Assembly (NCBI GenBank): GCA_963706575.1
Contig: CAVPNL010000006.1
Coordinates: 768,001-832,000 of the forward strand
DNA from: an uncultured delta proteobacterium
GTDB taxonomy: Bacteria > Desulfobacterota > Desulfobacteria > Desulfobacterales > JAHEIW01
Reading direction: 5' to 3'
DNA length: 64,000 nt
Below, one piece after another: positions 42,896-52,290 of this stretch. Numbering within the stretch: the stretch's first letter is position 1; each line of letters opens with the position of its first letter. A program made the translations under genes and the position numbers. The notes under the pieces are model-generated. The model was not told where the DNA came from. It worked only from the letters and a program-made list of their open reading frames with translations, and ran no database searches.

Positions 42896-45800
42896 TCATT
42901 GCGAGTCAACCCCGGCAGCTTCCCGGACCTTTTCGACGGCCGCATCACAGGGGTTGGCGTCACCGGTGCCGGTGTCGCTTAAGGCAAAGATCAAGAAAAC
43001 GGGATTGATCAGTCCCGCAAGCAAGCTGGCACCTGCGCCCGCGGCGAGCCGACTTCCCTTGGGAATCCGGGTGACCGATACCTTGGGCTCGGATAGCGTG
43101 CCTCCAATTCGGACGGGATTGGCAAGACTGACCAGGCTCGCCCGCTTGGGCCTGGGCGCTATAAGCACATCGAGCGCTTCAGTTTCCAGGTTGAGTAATC
43201 CGCTGGCCGCAACCGTAACGCGCTGGGTGTCGAGCAGTAAATCCTCAATCTCCGCCTGCCCCTCTTTCAACTCGATGTGCGCTACCATACAATTCGTTTC
43301 GGTCACATCATCTCTTTGCCAGCTATTAGAGAGCATGGTGGGTATCAGGTCGGCCGCCCAGAGATCGATCTGCCGGCCCGTAATCTTTCCGGGTCCGCCA
43401 ATGATGGTGATGCGGCCGGCAGCATTCCCGAGAAAGCTGTAACGTGTGGCACCGGAGCCGGATAAATCGACAAGCAGATCGACTTGCCCCTCAACAAGGT
43501 CGGTCACGTCCATTCTGCTCAGCAAAAATCCGGAGTTAAGATCTTTGGCGTTGATATGGATCCGTTTCCGAGGTGGATCGGCCGCGGCGTCGACGTCAAA
43601 CTCGCTGATGATTTGCGCCCCCTTAAATCCTGTAATTCTGAGAGAAGACGTGAACCGGCCGTCTTTAAGACTGACTTTCGAGACGAATTCACCGAGATCT
43701 CCTAATGGAGCACGAATCCGATCGGCTTTGATATCCAGATCCAGGTCCGCCGCTAAAAGGATATCAACCGGAAGCGTGTAGTCAGGAATGACGCGGGGTT
43801 TTACCTGGGTTGCGCTGGCCGCTTTGTCCGCATCAAATAGATCCACGTCATCCATATGAATCTGGCTTGCCGATATACGACCCGTAATTTTATTGTGTGG
43901 CGGATCACGCAATACCGTTATATCCGCTTTAAGGTCACTCTTCCCGATGCGCAGATCCTCTTCAAATATGAATCGGTTGCCGCGACCCGTGATGCGGCCG
44001 CTGGCATGGAATTCGCCCCGCAGCGGCACTGCAAAATCAACCAGGCGGCCAAGCCTTTCGATTTCGGTGCCCGCCAGTTCATACTGAAGCTCAAACTCAT
44101 TATTTTCAAATGGCCTGGAAATGGTACCTTCGGCCTTAAACTGCAGATCTTCGGTCTGAAGCGTCCCCTGCACCGGCAGAGGGATATCGGCTTTCTGGAT
44201 TTCCATGAGATTTGCGGTGCTGATTTCCGCCTTAAAAGCAGCACCCTGCACCGTTCCGTTGAAAGCACCTGTTAACGGCTGGTCTTTGCGCGCGATGAGC
44301 TTTGCACTTTCGACCCGAATATCGACTGCCTGGTTGGCAATTTCAGCAGTATAGCTCAAATTGGCCGGTTTGATTTGCAAATTGAAGGCCGCTTTTTCGC
44401 CCAAGGCGCGCAGTGTCTTGCCGGTACTGCTGCCATCCAAATCAACCGCATCGGCCGTACCGGCAACGATATCAGAAATTTTCAGCTCCTTAAGGGTATG
44501 TCCGACATCAATGTTTCCGATCGTCATTTTGAGCGCAACGACAGGAACGTTTTTAGGCTGGTTCAACTGAACTTGACCGTCCAGGGGTGCGCCCGCCAGG
44601 CTTGCACGAAAGGGAGCACTCAGTTCGCCGTTTGCCAGCGTCACTATAGATCTGATATCCGCGACGGGAATTGGACTGTCCGCCACACGTTTCACCGTAA
44701 AGTCTAGCATAGCGTCAAAGTCCTTTAAACTGTCAAGCTTAATTGGACGATCCAGCAGCCCGGCCTCCCAGGTTTTAGACGAAGGTTTTGATGCTGTATC
44801 CAAAAGCTGGCCTAGCGTTAGGTGGTCTGAAAACAGTTTACCCTTCAGAAAGGGCCGCGGTGCTTTGTCCTCCCAGCGAACATTGCCGGTTAAGCGGTTA
44901 TCTCCCATCTGAATCTTAAGGTTATTGGCTTCGTGCACAGTACCATCGCTGCTGATGTCAGCACTCAGATTGAATTTGCCAATTGCCGGAAAAGAGCTGC
45001 CAATCGGGGGTCCCAGGGATTCAAAGCGGTTGCCTTTAATTTGTGTTGCGAGCTGCAACACCGTCCGCTTCTCGTTGGTGACGACGGACCCCTCGCCTGT
45101 CAATTTTGCCCCGGATGCTGATGCCTCGAGCTTAAGCGGCCAGGTCGCCGCACCGGATTTGCCGGAGGCTGCGGGGTCGCCCTGAAAAGACAGCGATAAG
45201 GGGACGTTGTCGAGCTCAGCGTTTATTGACGCTTTGACCGATCCTTTGTCATGCGCGGAGCCGTTGCCTTCAACAATTCGAAGCGTTTTCCAAGGCCCGG
45301 CATTTTCTATGGTGCCTTTAAGTTCGGTGAGCGTGTAACTTGCCTTTGCAACTTGTGTATGAAATGAGAACTGATAGGGTCCGGTCTTCGGGAGGTCGGT
45401 GTCCATAAGCTGGGCCAGCGTGTTAAGGGTTTCGCCCTGGAGTTGGGCGTCGAACTCAAAACCCTCAGCGACAGTCGCCGGGATCATCTCACCATCAATC
45501 TTCAGTTTCATGTCCGCAAGATTCAGCTGGGCCTCAATGGGCCAGGGCGTGGTCTGAGAGATGCCCTCTAACGGTTGCGCCGACGCGAATCTGAACGAAA
45601 GGGACGCATCGCCCAACCGACCCTGCAACGCTATCTGGAGTGGTTCGTCCAGCCCGCCGGACGCCTCTCCCTGTGAGATTTTGATCGCAGGTGTTTCCGG
45701 CGGCCCGTGGACCAGGGCGGCAATGTCCTTCGCGCTGAATAACCCATCTTTTGCGTTCACGTTTGCTGATAATTCAAAAGGACCGATGGTTGGAAATTCA

Positions 45801-46573
45801 ATGTCAAATAGTGTTTCGAGAGAATCCGCCTGGCTGCCGCTGAGCTTGATGCGGTAATCGCCCCGCTCCCATTTGAATGCTTCATCCATCCTCCCGGCAA
45901 GGGTCAGCGACATATCCGCTCCCTTGATGTCCAGCTCCAGGGACCAGGGATTTTGCGGGCCGGATAATTCCGCTGCACTTTCGGCGGCGAGCCGGATGGT
46001 GAAGGCTTTTCCTTTTGCCGTACCCCGGCCCTCAATCCGCTCCGGTTCCCCGGGGATGTTCCAGAGCCGGGCCTCGTTTATCTCGAAGCGATTGCTGTTG
46101 CCATCCACCGATCTATAATTAATGGTGGTTTCTTTGACCAAAAGTCGCTCAATGGGCGGAAGCACCCCGGGTGTTTCGCTGTCACCGAAAGTGTAATTGT
46201 TGGCACCGCCGGGACCTTCCTCAATGAGCAGGTTTAGACCGCTAAACGCAACGTCCAGAATCCTCAAATTGCCGCGCAGCAGCGGAAAAAGCGCCACCTG
46301 AAGACTGACTTTTTCAGCGGTGGCAAAATGCGCACCTGCGGCCCAATCCGGATTGCCGATGGTAATATCTTCGAGGATGATTCGCGGGCGCAGGGATCTT
46401 TCCAGACGGATGGGACCGTCGATCTGGACCTGCCGCCCGAAGGCGGCACTGGCCCGGGTTTCCAGTTGATTTCGATAAATAGAAGGATCCACAAAAACCA
46501 AAGCGGCAATCGCCGCAACGGCGAGCAGCACTAGCCCGATAAAGATAAAAAAAAAGATTTTATAGCTGCGCAT
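42896..46573 (-). CDS. AsmA-family protein (long, repeated beta-taco segments)
   Basis: N-terminal TM anchor, GRQVQIDG...IGNPDW...LFPLLRG..I, C-terminal G.LNL..E.LD...PV.IGGTLSEP. Confidence 0.8.
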   Translation of the reverse strand: MRSYKIFFFIFIGLVLLAVAAIAALVFVDPSIYRNQLETRASAAFGRQVQIDGPIRLERSLRPRIILEDITIGNPDWAAGAHFATAEKVSLQVALFPLLRGNLRILDVAFSGLNLLIEEGPGGANNYTFGDSETPGVLPPIERLLVKETTINYRSVDGNSNRFEINEARLWNIPGEPERIEGRGTAKGKAFTIRLAAESAAELSGPQNPWSLELDIKGADMSLTLAGRMDEAFKWERGDYRIKLSGSQADSLETLFDIEFPTIGPFELSANVNAKDGLFSAKDIAALVHGPPETPAIKISQGEASGGLDEPLQIALQGRLGDASLSFRFASAQPLEGISQTTPWPIEAQLNLADMKLKIDGEMIPATVAEGFEFDAQLQGETLNTLAQLMDTDLPKTGPYQFSFHTQVAKASYTLTELKGTIENAGPWKTLRIVEGNGSAHDKGSVKASINAELDNVPLSLSFQGDPAASGKSGAATWPLKLEASASGAKLTGEGSVVTNEKRTVLQLATQIKGNRFESLGPPIGSSFPAIGKFNLSADISSDGTVHEANNLKIQMGDNRLTGNVRWEDKAPRPFLKGKLFSDHLTLGQLLDTASKPSSKTWEAGLLDRPIKLDSLKDFDAMLDFTVKRVADSPIPVADIRSIVTLANGELSAPFRASLAGAPLDGQVQLNQPKNVPVVALKMTIGNIDVGHTLKELKISDIVAGTADAVDLDGSSTGKTLRALGEKAAFNLQIKPANLSYTAEIANQAVDIRVESAKLIARKDQPLTGAFNGTVQGAAFKAEISTANLMEIQKADIPLPVQGTLQTEDLQFKAEGTISRPFENNEFELQYELAGTEIERLGRLVDFAVPLRGEFHASGRITGRGNRFIFEEDLRIGKSDLKADITVLRDPPHNKITGRISASQIHMDDVDLFDADKAASATQVKPRVIPDYTLPVDILLAADLDLDIKADRIRAPLGDLGEFVSKVSLKDGRFTSSLRITGFKGAQIISEFDVDAAADPPRKRIHINAKDLNSGFLLSRMDVTDLVEGQVDLLVDLSGSGATRYSFLGNAAGRITIIGGPGKITGRQIDLWAADLIPTMLSNSWQRDDVTETNCMVAHIELKEGQAEIEDLLLDTQRVTVAASGLLNLETEALDVLIAPRPKRASLVSLANPVRIGGTLSEPKVSVTRIPKGSRLAAGAGASLLAGLINPVFLIFALSDTGTGDANPCDAAVEKVREAAGVDSQ

Positions 46574-46658
46574 TATTTAATGTCTATTCTGTGGACAGTT
46601 GATATGGATCAGAACTTGCTTTTCCGGCTGTTTAAATTAGAATGCATTTTTTTAAAAA

Positions 46659-46898
46659 TCAAACGAATAAGGCCTCTTTCTTCGCCCGAGACCAACGTTT
46701 AACCTGTGCTTCTCGTTGCCTCTCCTCAGAAAAAGAATCGTGTTCTTCAGAGTAGAAGAGTGAAAGGGGAGGGTTTAAGGAGGTGGTTCTGCCTGCGGAA
46801 CCAGCACGATGCGCTGCATAGCGTTTTTCTAGATTTTTTGTCGCACCAATATATAGAGTACCGGATTGAAGTCTCAGAATATAAAACCAGGCGGTCAT
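46659..46898 (-). CDS. GIY-YIG nuclease (UPF0213-like), C-terminally truncated copy
   Basis: FYIL...LYIGAT.NLEKRY..H...REAQVKRWSRAKKEAL; closely similar to 51603-51887. Confidence 0.8.
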   Translation of the reverse strand: MTAWFYILRLQSGTLYIGATKNLEKRYAAHRAGSAGRTTSLNPPLSLFYSEEHDSFSEERQREAQVKRWSRAKKEALFV

Positions 46899-47069
46899 AG
46901 ATTAGCTAAACAAAAAGCAATGGATTCAAAGCCATTCGAACCTCAGATAGGCCCTTCGACAAGCTCAGGGCCATTTCTCCGCTTTCATAAACAATCAGTA
47001 ATCTCACCGTGGCCGAAGGCCTTGAGCAAGAAAAGGGCATACATTGGTGTAGGCCCTTTTGGCGTCGAA

Positions 47070-47369
47070 ATGGCTGGCCGAACCAGTCGATACACGAACC
47101 CTGAAGCCATTATTGAAATCCCCTTTGATCCTGTCTTGTACCTTAAAATCATAACTGAACGTCGTGCTTATATTTCTTTTGATAATTATTTTGAGAAGGC
47201 CAAGTTGTATCAGAATTTGTTGGAATCTGGCAAGGTTAAAAACTTAGGTGAACTTGCACGAATGAAAAAGGTCTCTAAAGCGAGGATTTTTAAAATCTTA
47301 GACCACTATGATAATAAAGTTAAATCAGAATTGAACAAAGATAAAAATTCGAATAGGGCAGGTTTTTAA
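47070..47369 (+). CDS. HTH-containing remnant typical of integrative-element ends (start uncertain)
   Basis: KAKLYQNLLESGKVKNLGELARMKKVSKARIFKIL; begins at the att-like repeat. Confidence 0.45.
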   Translation: MAGRTSRYTNPEAIIEIPFDPVLYLKIITERRAYISFDNYFEKAKLYQNLLESGKVKNLGELARMKKVSKARIFKILDHYDNKVKSELNKDKNSNRAGF

Positions 47370-47702
47370 TACTGGTAAATCTACAAAATCCCAAAATTTC
47401 ATATTGCGTCAGCACATCCTAAAAATATTCGTCCCTTCAAAATTTCAACATCAGGCACGAAACCCAAACTTTTAGGCAAGCGAAATTTGATTGCCTTTCC
47501 TGATGTAATATCCAGTCAGACTCCTCTGCGGTCTACAGTTCACCGGTGATGCTTGAATTTACCGAAATTTGAATTCCTGGTTGATTGCACATTTTGTTTC
47601 GAGTGTCCGGATATTGTATGAAATATTCTCGTTTAATTTGATATTTGGACATCTCTCAATGTATAAATGTTTCAATAAAATTAGAAATTAGGTGGTGATT
47701 TA

Positions 47703-48197
47703 ATGAAAAAAGAATTTGGATCAAATTATGCGTCGATTTCTGATGTAAATTTTAAAGCCAAATACCGGGCAAGTTGTTACTGCAATGCGGTACAATACGA
47801 AGTATGCTCGGATCCTGTAGATGCAAAAATATGTCATTGCTTGGCATGTCAAAAACTGCATGGGGCTCCTATGCAATGGGCAGCTATATTTCATAAACAT
47901 GATGTCAGAATTACGGAAGGCATTGATCATCTTAACTTTTACAACAATGAACTCAACAAACACGAGAGAATTCTTCCTTGCAAAGTCAGTTGTGCTTTGT
48001 GTGGCACCCTTATTGCCGATGAAGGACGCAATATGTGGCTTGCGTTTCCATCACTTTTTAATTTTGGGGGTGTAGCAAAGGTTCCGACGAAATTCAAACC
48101 AACGTGCCATATTTTCTATGGTATGCGAGTTATTGATATAAATGATGATCTGCCTAAGTGGTTAGGTCACAAAAATCAAAGCCCAAAATTCGATTAA
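47703..48197 (+). CDS. GFA/CENP-V family Zn protein
   Basis: CYC..V.Y, CHCLACQK, CALCGT, PTCHIFY. Confidence 0.88.
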   Translation: MKKEFGSNYASISDVNFKAKYRASCYCNAVQYEVCSDPVDAKICHCLACQKLHGAPMQWAAIFHKHDVRITEGIDHLNFYNNELNKHERILPCKVSCALCGTLIADEGRNMWLAFPSLFNFGGVAKVPTKFKPTCHIFYGMRVIDINDDLPKWLGHKNQSPKFD

Positions 48198-48304
48198 TGG
48201 GGGTGTGAAATCATCTATCCGACACCTTTGATTCTGAAGTTAAAAAAACTATCATTGGCATGATTTATTTCGTGATAGGGACTAATAATTTAATGGGGGC
48301 CATT

Positions 48305-48682
48305 ATGGATTACGCTTTCGATAAACTAACAGGAAGGCTCATCATCCATGTCGATGGGTCTGATAGTCTCAGAAATAGAACAGTTAAATATCAAAAGGCT
48401 TTTGAATCCGAAAGGTGGTGGCCTGGGAGTGATGTATTGTTTTTTGTAAGTGATACCTATTCACCACCGGCGTTGCAGGAAATTGATGATTTGTACAAAC
48501 TATTTGATAGACACAGTGTTCGCAAGGTTGCTATTATGTCCGGAGATGTCTTAGCAAAAGCGACGGCTGATACCGCAAAGCGAATTGCGAAAATGTACCG
48601 AATCCCCTTAAAATACTTTACTGATTTGCAAGAGATGTTTGATTGGATTAACGATGATATCAGAATGGGCCATCAGGTATGA
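48305..48682 (+). CDS. Hypothetical protein, SpoIIAA-like/STAS-SEC14-like
   Basis: KVAIM...YFTDLQEMFDWI C-terminal pattern. Confidence 0.5.
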   Translation: MDYAFDKLTGRLIIHVDGSDSLRNRTVKYQKAFESERWWPGSDVLFFVSDTYSPPALQEIDDLYKLFDRHSVRKVAIMSGDVLAKATADTAKRIAKMYRIPLKYFTDLQEMFDWINDDIRMGHQV

Positions 48683-48896
48683 AAGACAGAGATACGATAG
48701 AAAAGGGGAGCATCTCTGCTGAATGTAAAAGAGGAGTTCAAGATCTATTCTGAAAATCTTAGGATTGGCAAATGAAATGCACAATAAATTGAAGGGAATT
48801 CTAAAGATTCGATACAGGCACGAAAGATAAAACCAGACAGATTGCAAAATGTTGCAGAATTGCATATGCAATATGCAAATCTATAACTGATGGACT

Positions 48897-49133
48897 ATGG
48901 TAAATTGTAATGCTCACATGGAGCGTTTCTTTGGTAGTTTGAAGTCAGAGCGTTTGGTATCCTGTCGCTTTGCAACTCGCCAAACAACAAAAATCAAGAT
49001 ACTTGAATACATCATTGATTTCAACTTTGCTCGTCTTCATTCGGCGCTGGGATATAAAAGCTCAAGGCAATATGAAAAATAACAATTTTTGAACGTAGCT
49101 TATGGACGTATCCATTTTTACTTGACCATTACA
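48897..49133 (+). mobile_element. IS3-family remnant (transposase C-terminus and right end)
   Basis: NAHMERFFGSLKSE...RLHSALGYKS; ends with TCCATTTTTACTTGACCATTACA (TG...CA-type IS3 end). Confidence 0.8.
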
Positions 49134-49498
49134 TTGTGTTCTGTTCCAGTTAGTCTTGGCCATAAAAGATGATTAAACATCCACTTTTAGGTTTATTTGT
49201 ACACCCTTCCTGCGCCAGTAACGGTTAACAAAGATCCCTGCCCTTGGCTTAAAGGGTTTAGCCTATTTATCTTCATTGCTTACGTTTAATGTGTTCTCGT
49301 CAATTACAACTTATATTTAACTGTAAGAATTTATTCGCCTGTACGACAAACTAAAAGATGAAACTAATTTAGAATATAATACGTAATGCAAGCACATGTA
49401 GCGTTGTATACTTGCAAGCGGCAATTTTTTTATTTAGCAACGACAATTCAAATTAGCAGAATCAAAAAAGTACAATATAATAATAATTTGTGACGATT

Positions 49499-51043
49499 AT
49501 GGACTATAATAAATCAATCCCAATTTCGGATCATGTTTTTTGGGTCGGCACATTTGATACACAGGATAATTTTCAGTGCAACACTTATCTGATTATCGTC
49601 GATGGGAAAGGAGTAATTATTGATCCCGGTTCGGTGCTTTATTTTGATTCATTAATGAAAAAAATTTCAGAGCGAATCGAATTGAAAAATATTTCCCATA
49701 TCATTCTTCAACACCAGGATCCGGATGTATGCGGCAACATTGCGATGTTGGTTGACGCCATTGTGGCTGCCGGCAACAAAAGTTTTAAGATACTAACCCA
49801 TTCAAGAACCTCCGCACTGGTGCGCCATTATGGGGCCAATATGAACTTTGAATTTACCAATAAGATTCCGGAGGAGAAAATATTCTTAGGTCTTGACCAT
49901 GAACTGGAGTTTATTCATACGCCTTATTTACATGCGCCAGGTGCCATTGCTACCTATTTTAATACCGATAAAATCCTTTTCTCCAGCGATATTTTCGGCG
50001 GGATGACGGATAAATGGAATCTTTTTGCCGGAGAGACGTATTTTGACGATATCTCAACCTTTCATAAAGAGTATATGCCTGCCAAGGAATTGCTTTTTTT
50101 TGCTATGACCAAGTTTGAACGCTACGATATTAATAAAATCGCCCCTCAACATGGCTCTGTCATTAACAAAGAACAAGCCAAAACTTTGATTGAGACTTTT
50201 AAAGATTTCGAATGCGGATTATTTATAGATAAGGCTTTCCGGGAAGAACTTCAGGAGGCCCGCAAAAAGATCGAGGAACAAAACCAGATTATGAGTAAGG
50301 ATTTATCCATGGCGGGCCATTTCCAGCAGACATTGCTTCCGGACAAAAAAAAGATAGCCTGGAAAAACGGCGTGGATTTAGCGTATTATTATAAACCCTA
50401 CAGCCAGGTTTCAGGCGACTTTCTCATCATCGATAAAATTGATGCGCACCATCTGGGGATTATGGTGGTGGATGTAGTCGATCACGGTGTAATGTCCGGT
50501 CTGGCAACTATCCAAATCAAAACCCTTTTTGATGAGTACAAAAGTACTACTCTAAACCCGGCCGATGTGCTGAGAACAATAAATGATAAAGCCTTTAGTA
50601 TCGCTGAAAATGATATTTTTTTTACCGCCTTTTATGCGATATATGATCTTGAGAATTCAAAGATTGAACTTGCTTCTGCAGGGGGCATTCCAGCAATATA
50701 TTTTAACGCCGCCAGAAATGAAAAGGAGCTTATTTCTTTAGCCGGCACTTCTTTAGGAGTGACAAGAGGTGATGATTGCCGCATCGATATAAAAAGCTTG
50801 TCAGTCAGTCAAGGCGACATATTAATTCTGCAAACAGACGGTTTAATGGATTCGACCAATGAAAGCAATATTCCCTTTGATCATGCGAGATCCCAAAAGA
50901 AATTTATGGCTGAAATCAAAAAAGAAAGAAGTGCCCAACAGATTCTTGATGCCGTCATAGAAAAAGCTGAAATTCATAAAGGCCTGGATAAATCTTTTGA
51001 TGATGATGTCACTATTGCCATATTAAAAATAGCCAAAGATTAA
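49499..51043 (+). CDS. MBL-fold di-iron (ODP/FprA-like) domain fused to a SpoIIE/PP2C phosphatase
   Basis: IIDPG, HQDPD, HAPG, FSSDIFG, IAPQHG; coiled coil; VSGDF, DVVDHG, TDGL, DDDVT. Confidence 0.85.
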   Translation: MDYNKSIPISDHVFWVGTFDTQDNFQCNTYLIIVDGKGVIIDPGSVLYFDSLMKKISERIELKNISHIILQHQDPDVCGNIAMLVDAIVAAGNKSFKILTHSRTSALVRHYGANMNFEFTNKIPEEKIFLGLDHELEFIHTPYLHAPGAIATYFNTDKILFSSDIFGGMTDKWNLFAGETYFDDISTFHKEYMPAKELLFFAMTKFERYDINKIAPQHGSVINKEQAKTLIETFKDFECGLFIDKAFREELQEARKKIEEQNQIMSKDLSMAGHFQQTLLPDKKKIAWKNGVDLAYYYKPYSQVSGDFLIIDKIDAHHLGIMVVDVVDHGVMSGLATIQIKTLFDEYKSTTLNPADVLRTINDKAFSIAENDIFFTAFYAIYDLENSKIELASAGGIPAIYFNAARNEKELISLAGTSLGVTRGDDCRIDIKSLSVSQGDILILQTDGLMDSTNESNIPFDHARSQKKFMAEIKKERSAQQILDAVIEKAEIHKGLDKSFDDDVTIAILKIAKD

Positions 51044-51391
51044 TTTGTCTCTCTAATTTCAGCAAATTTAAGTTTATCGCTATAACTGGGCCAATACGAT
51101 ACGGAGAATCTGGATCTAATTAAACTTTACATCCTCTGCGAAACCAATTCCCTTGATCCCCCCTCTTTGGTATCAATGACATATCTGCAATCCCATTGTT
51201 TGAAATTCCCCAGCCAACAGTTTTTTCAGAAAATTTTATATTAGGTATACAAATCCTAAAAACATCGAAAGATGCGATTACGGCTGATGAACCCATCATC
51301 ACAATAATTTGCACCTTATATCAGACCGTCTAAAAGGATGGTCCATTATATTTTTCTTTATTTATCTGAGCTAAAAAGAAAGGAGTTTATA

Positions 51392-51565
51392 ATGGGTCGT
51401 CGTTGTAAGTTGGATGGTTTGGAGGTGACCGTTGAAGAAGGTGATATGCTGCCTTATCATGAGCTTTTTGCATTGAAGGCGATAATTAAGAAGGTAGCTT
51501 TGCGAATGATGAAAGAAATGGAAGAACAGTTCGAATCTGAAAAAGCTATCATTGAGGCTACTTAA
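51392..51565 (+). CDS. Small hypothetical protein
   Basis: AAGGAG RBS, 57-aa ORF. Confidence 0.45.
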   Translation: MGRRCKLDGLEVTVEEGDMLPYHELFALKAIIKKVALRMMKEMEEQFESEKAIIEAT

Positions 51566-51602
51566 CAAAGAGTCGAACCGTCCTTACGAACTCACACAAA
51601 TT

Positions 51603-51887
51603 CTAATTTTTCTGGGATTTTGAGAGCGCTCGCAATTTATCCTTATCTCCAGCCACTAAAGCTTCTTTTTTAGCGCGAGACCAACGCTTAACCTGTGCTT
51701 CTCGTTGCCGAGCTTTAGAAAAAGATTCTTGTTCCTCAGAATAGACGAGCGAAACGGGAGGGTCTATGGCGGTTGTTCTGCCGGCGGAACCGGCACAATG
51801 CTCTGCATAGCGTTTTTCTAAATTTTTTGTTGCGCCAATATATAGAGAACCGGATTGAAGTCGCAGAATGTAAAACCAGGCGGTCAT
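51603..51887 (-). CDS. GIY-YIG nuclease (UPF0213-like)
   Basis: FYILRLQSGSLYIGATKNLEKRYAEH...ARQREAQVKRWSRAKKEAL. Confidence 0.9.
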   Translation of the reverse strand: MTAWFYILRLQSGSLYIGATKNLEKRYAEHCAGSAGRTTAIDPPVSLVYSEEQESFSKARQREAQVKRWSRAKKEALVAGDKDKLRALSKSQKN

Positions 51888-52072
51888 TTAATAAATGAGA
51901 AAATTCAGGTAATGGACAGATAAGAAGTTATTGAAATATTGAAGGGCCTTTCGACAGGCTCAAGGCCATTTCGACGCGCTCATATGATTATTGAGTATTT
52001 AACCCTGGCCAAAGGCCTTGAGCAAGTGAAGGGAGCACCCACTTTGTGGCGTACCCCCTGAGCGCGTCGAAA

Positions 52073-52146
52073 TGGCTGAGGGACCAGGATTCGAACCTGG
52101 GTTAACGGGGCCAGAACCCGTCGTCCTGCCGCTAGACGATCCCTCA
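52073..52146 (-). tRNA. tRNA-Gln (anticodon CTG)
   Basis: TGAGGGA...ACGGG-TTCTGGC-CCCGT...CCAGG-TTCGAAT-CCTGG-TCCCTCAG-CCA; 74 nt cloverleaf with encoded CCA. Confidence 0.97.
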
Positions 52147-52210
52147 GCGTGTTGTAATTATAACAAAATATATAAGATTCGCATACTCGTCAAGTCAATT
52201 TTTTACATGA

Positions 52211-52274
52211 GGTTCAGGGTTCAGAGGTTCTGGGTTAAAACAACCTTGAACGCTGAACCTGGAACCTTTGAACC
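52211..52274. repeat. 7/8-nt periodic inverted-repeat element (GGTTCAG family)
   Basis: GGTTCAGGGTTCAGAGGTTCTGGGTT ... AACCTTGAACGCTGAACCTGGAACCTTTGAACC. Confidence 0.75.
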
Positions 52275-52290
52275 CGGTGACTGACACCTT

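Larger units (their letters stand above)
46659..52078. mobile_element. Degenerate AT-rich genomic island at the tRNA-Gln 3' end
   Basis: Direct repeat GCGTCGAAATGGCTG at 47062-47076 and 52064-52078 (includes tRNA CAGCCA end); duplicated GIY-YIG module; IS3 remnant; visibly lower GC; no intact integrase. Confidence 0.7.

Noticed and set aside
51050..51320. Possible decayed PIN-toxin-like ORF on the minus strand
   Set aside because: Only vague motif similarity; cannot be supported without a search
52072..52284. ORF MAEGPGFEPG...
   Set aside because: Antisense shadow of tRNA-Gln plus a repeat
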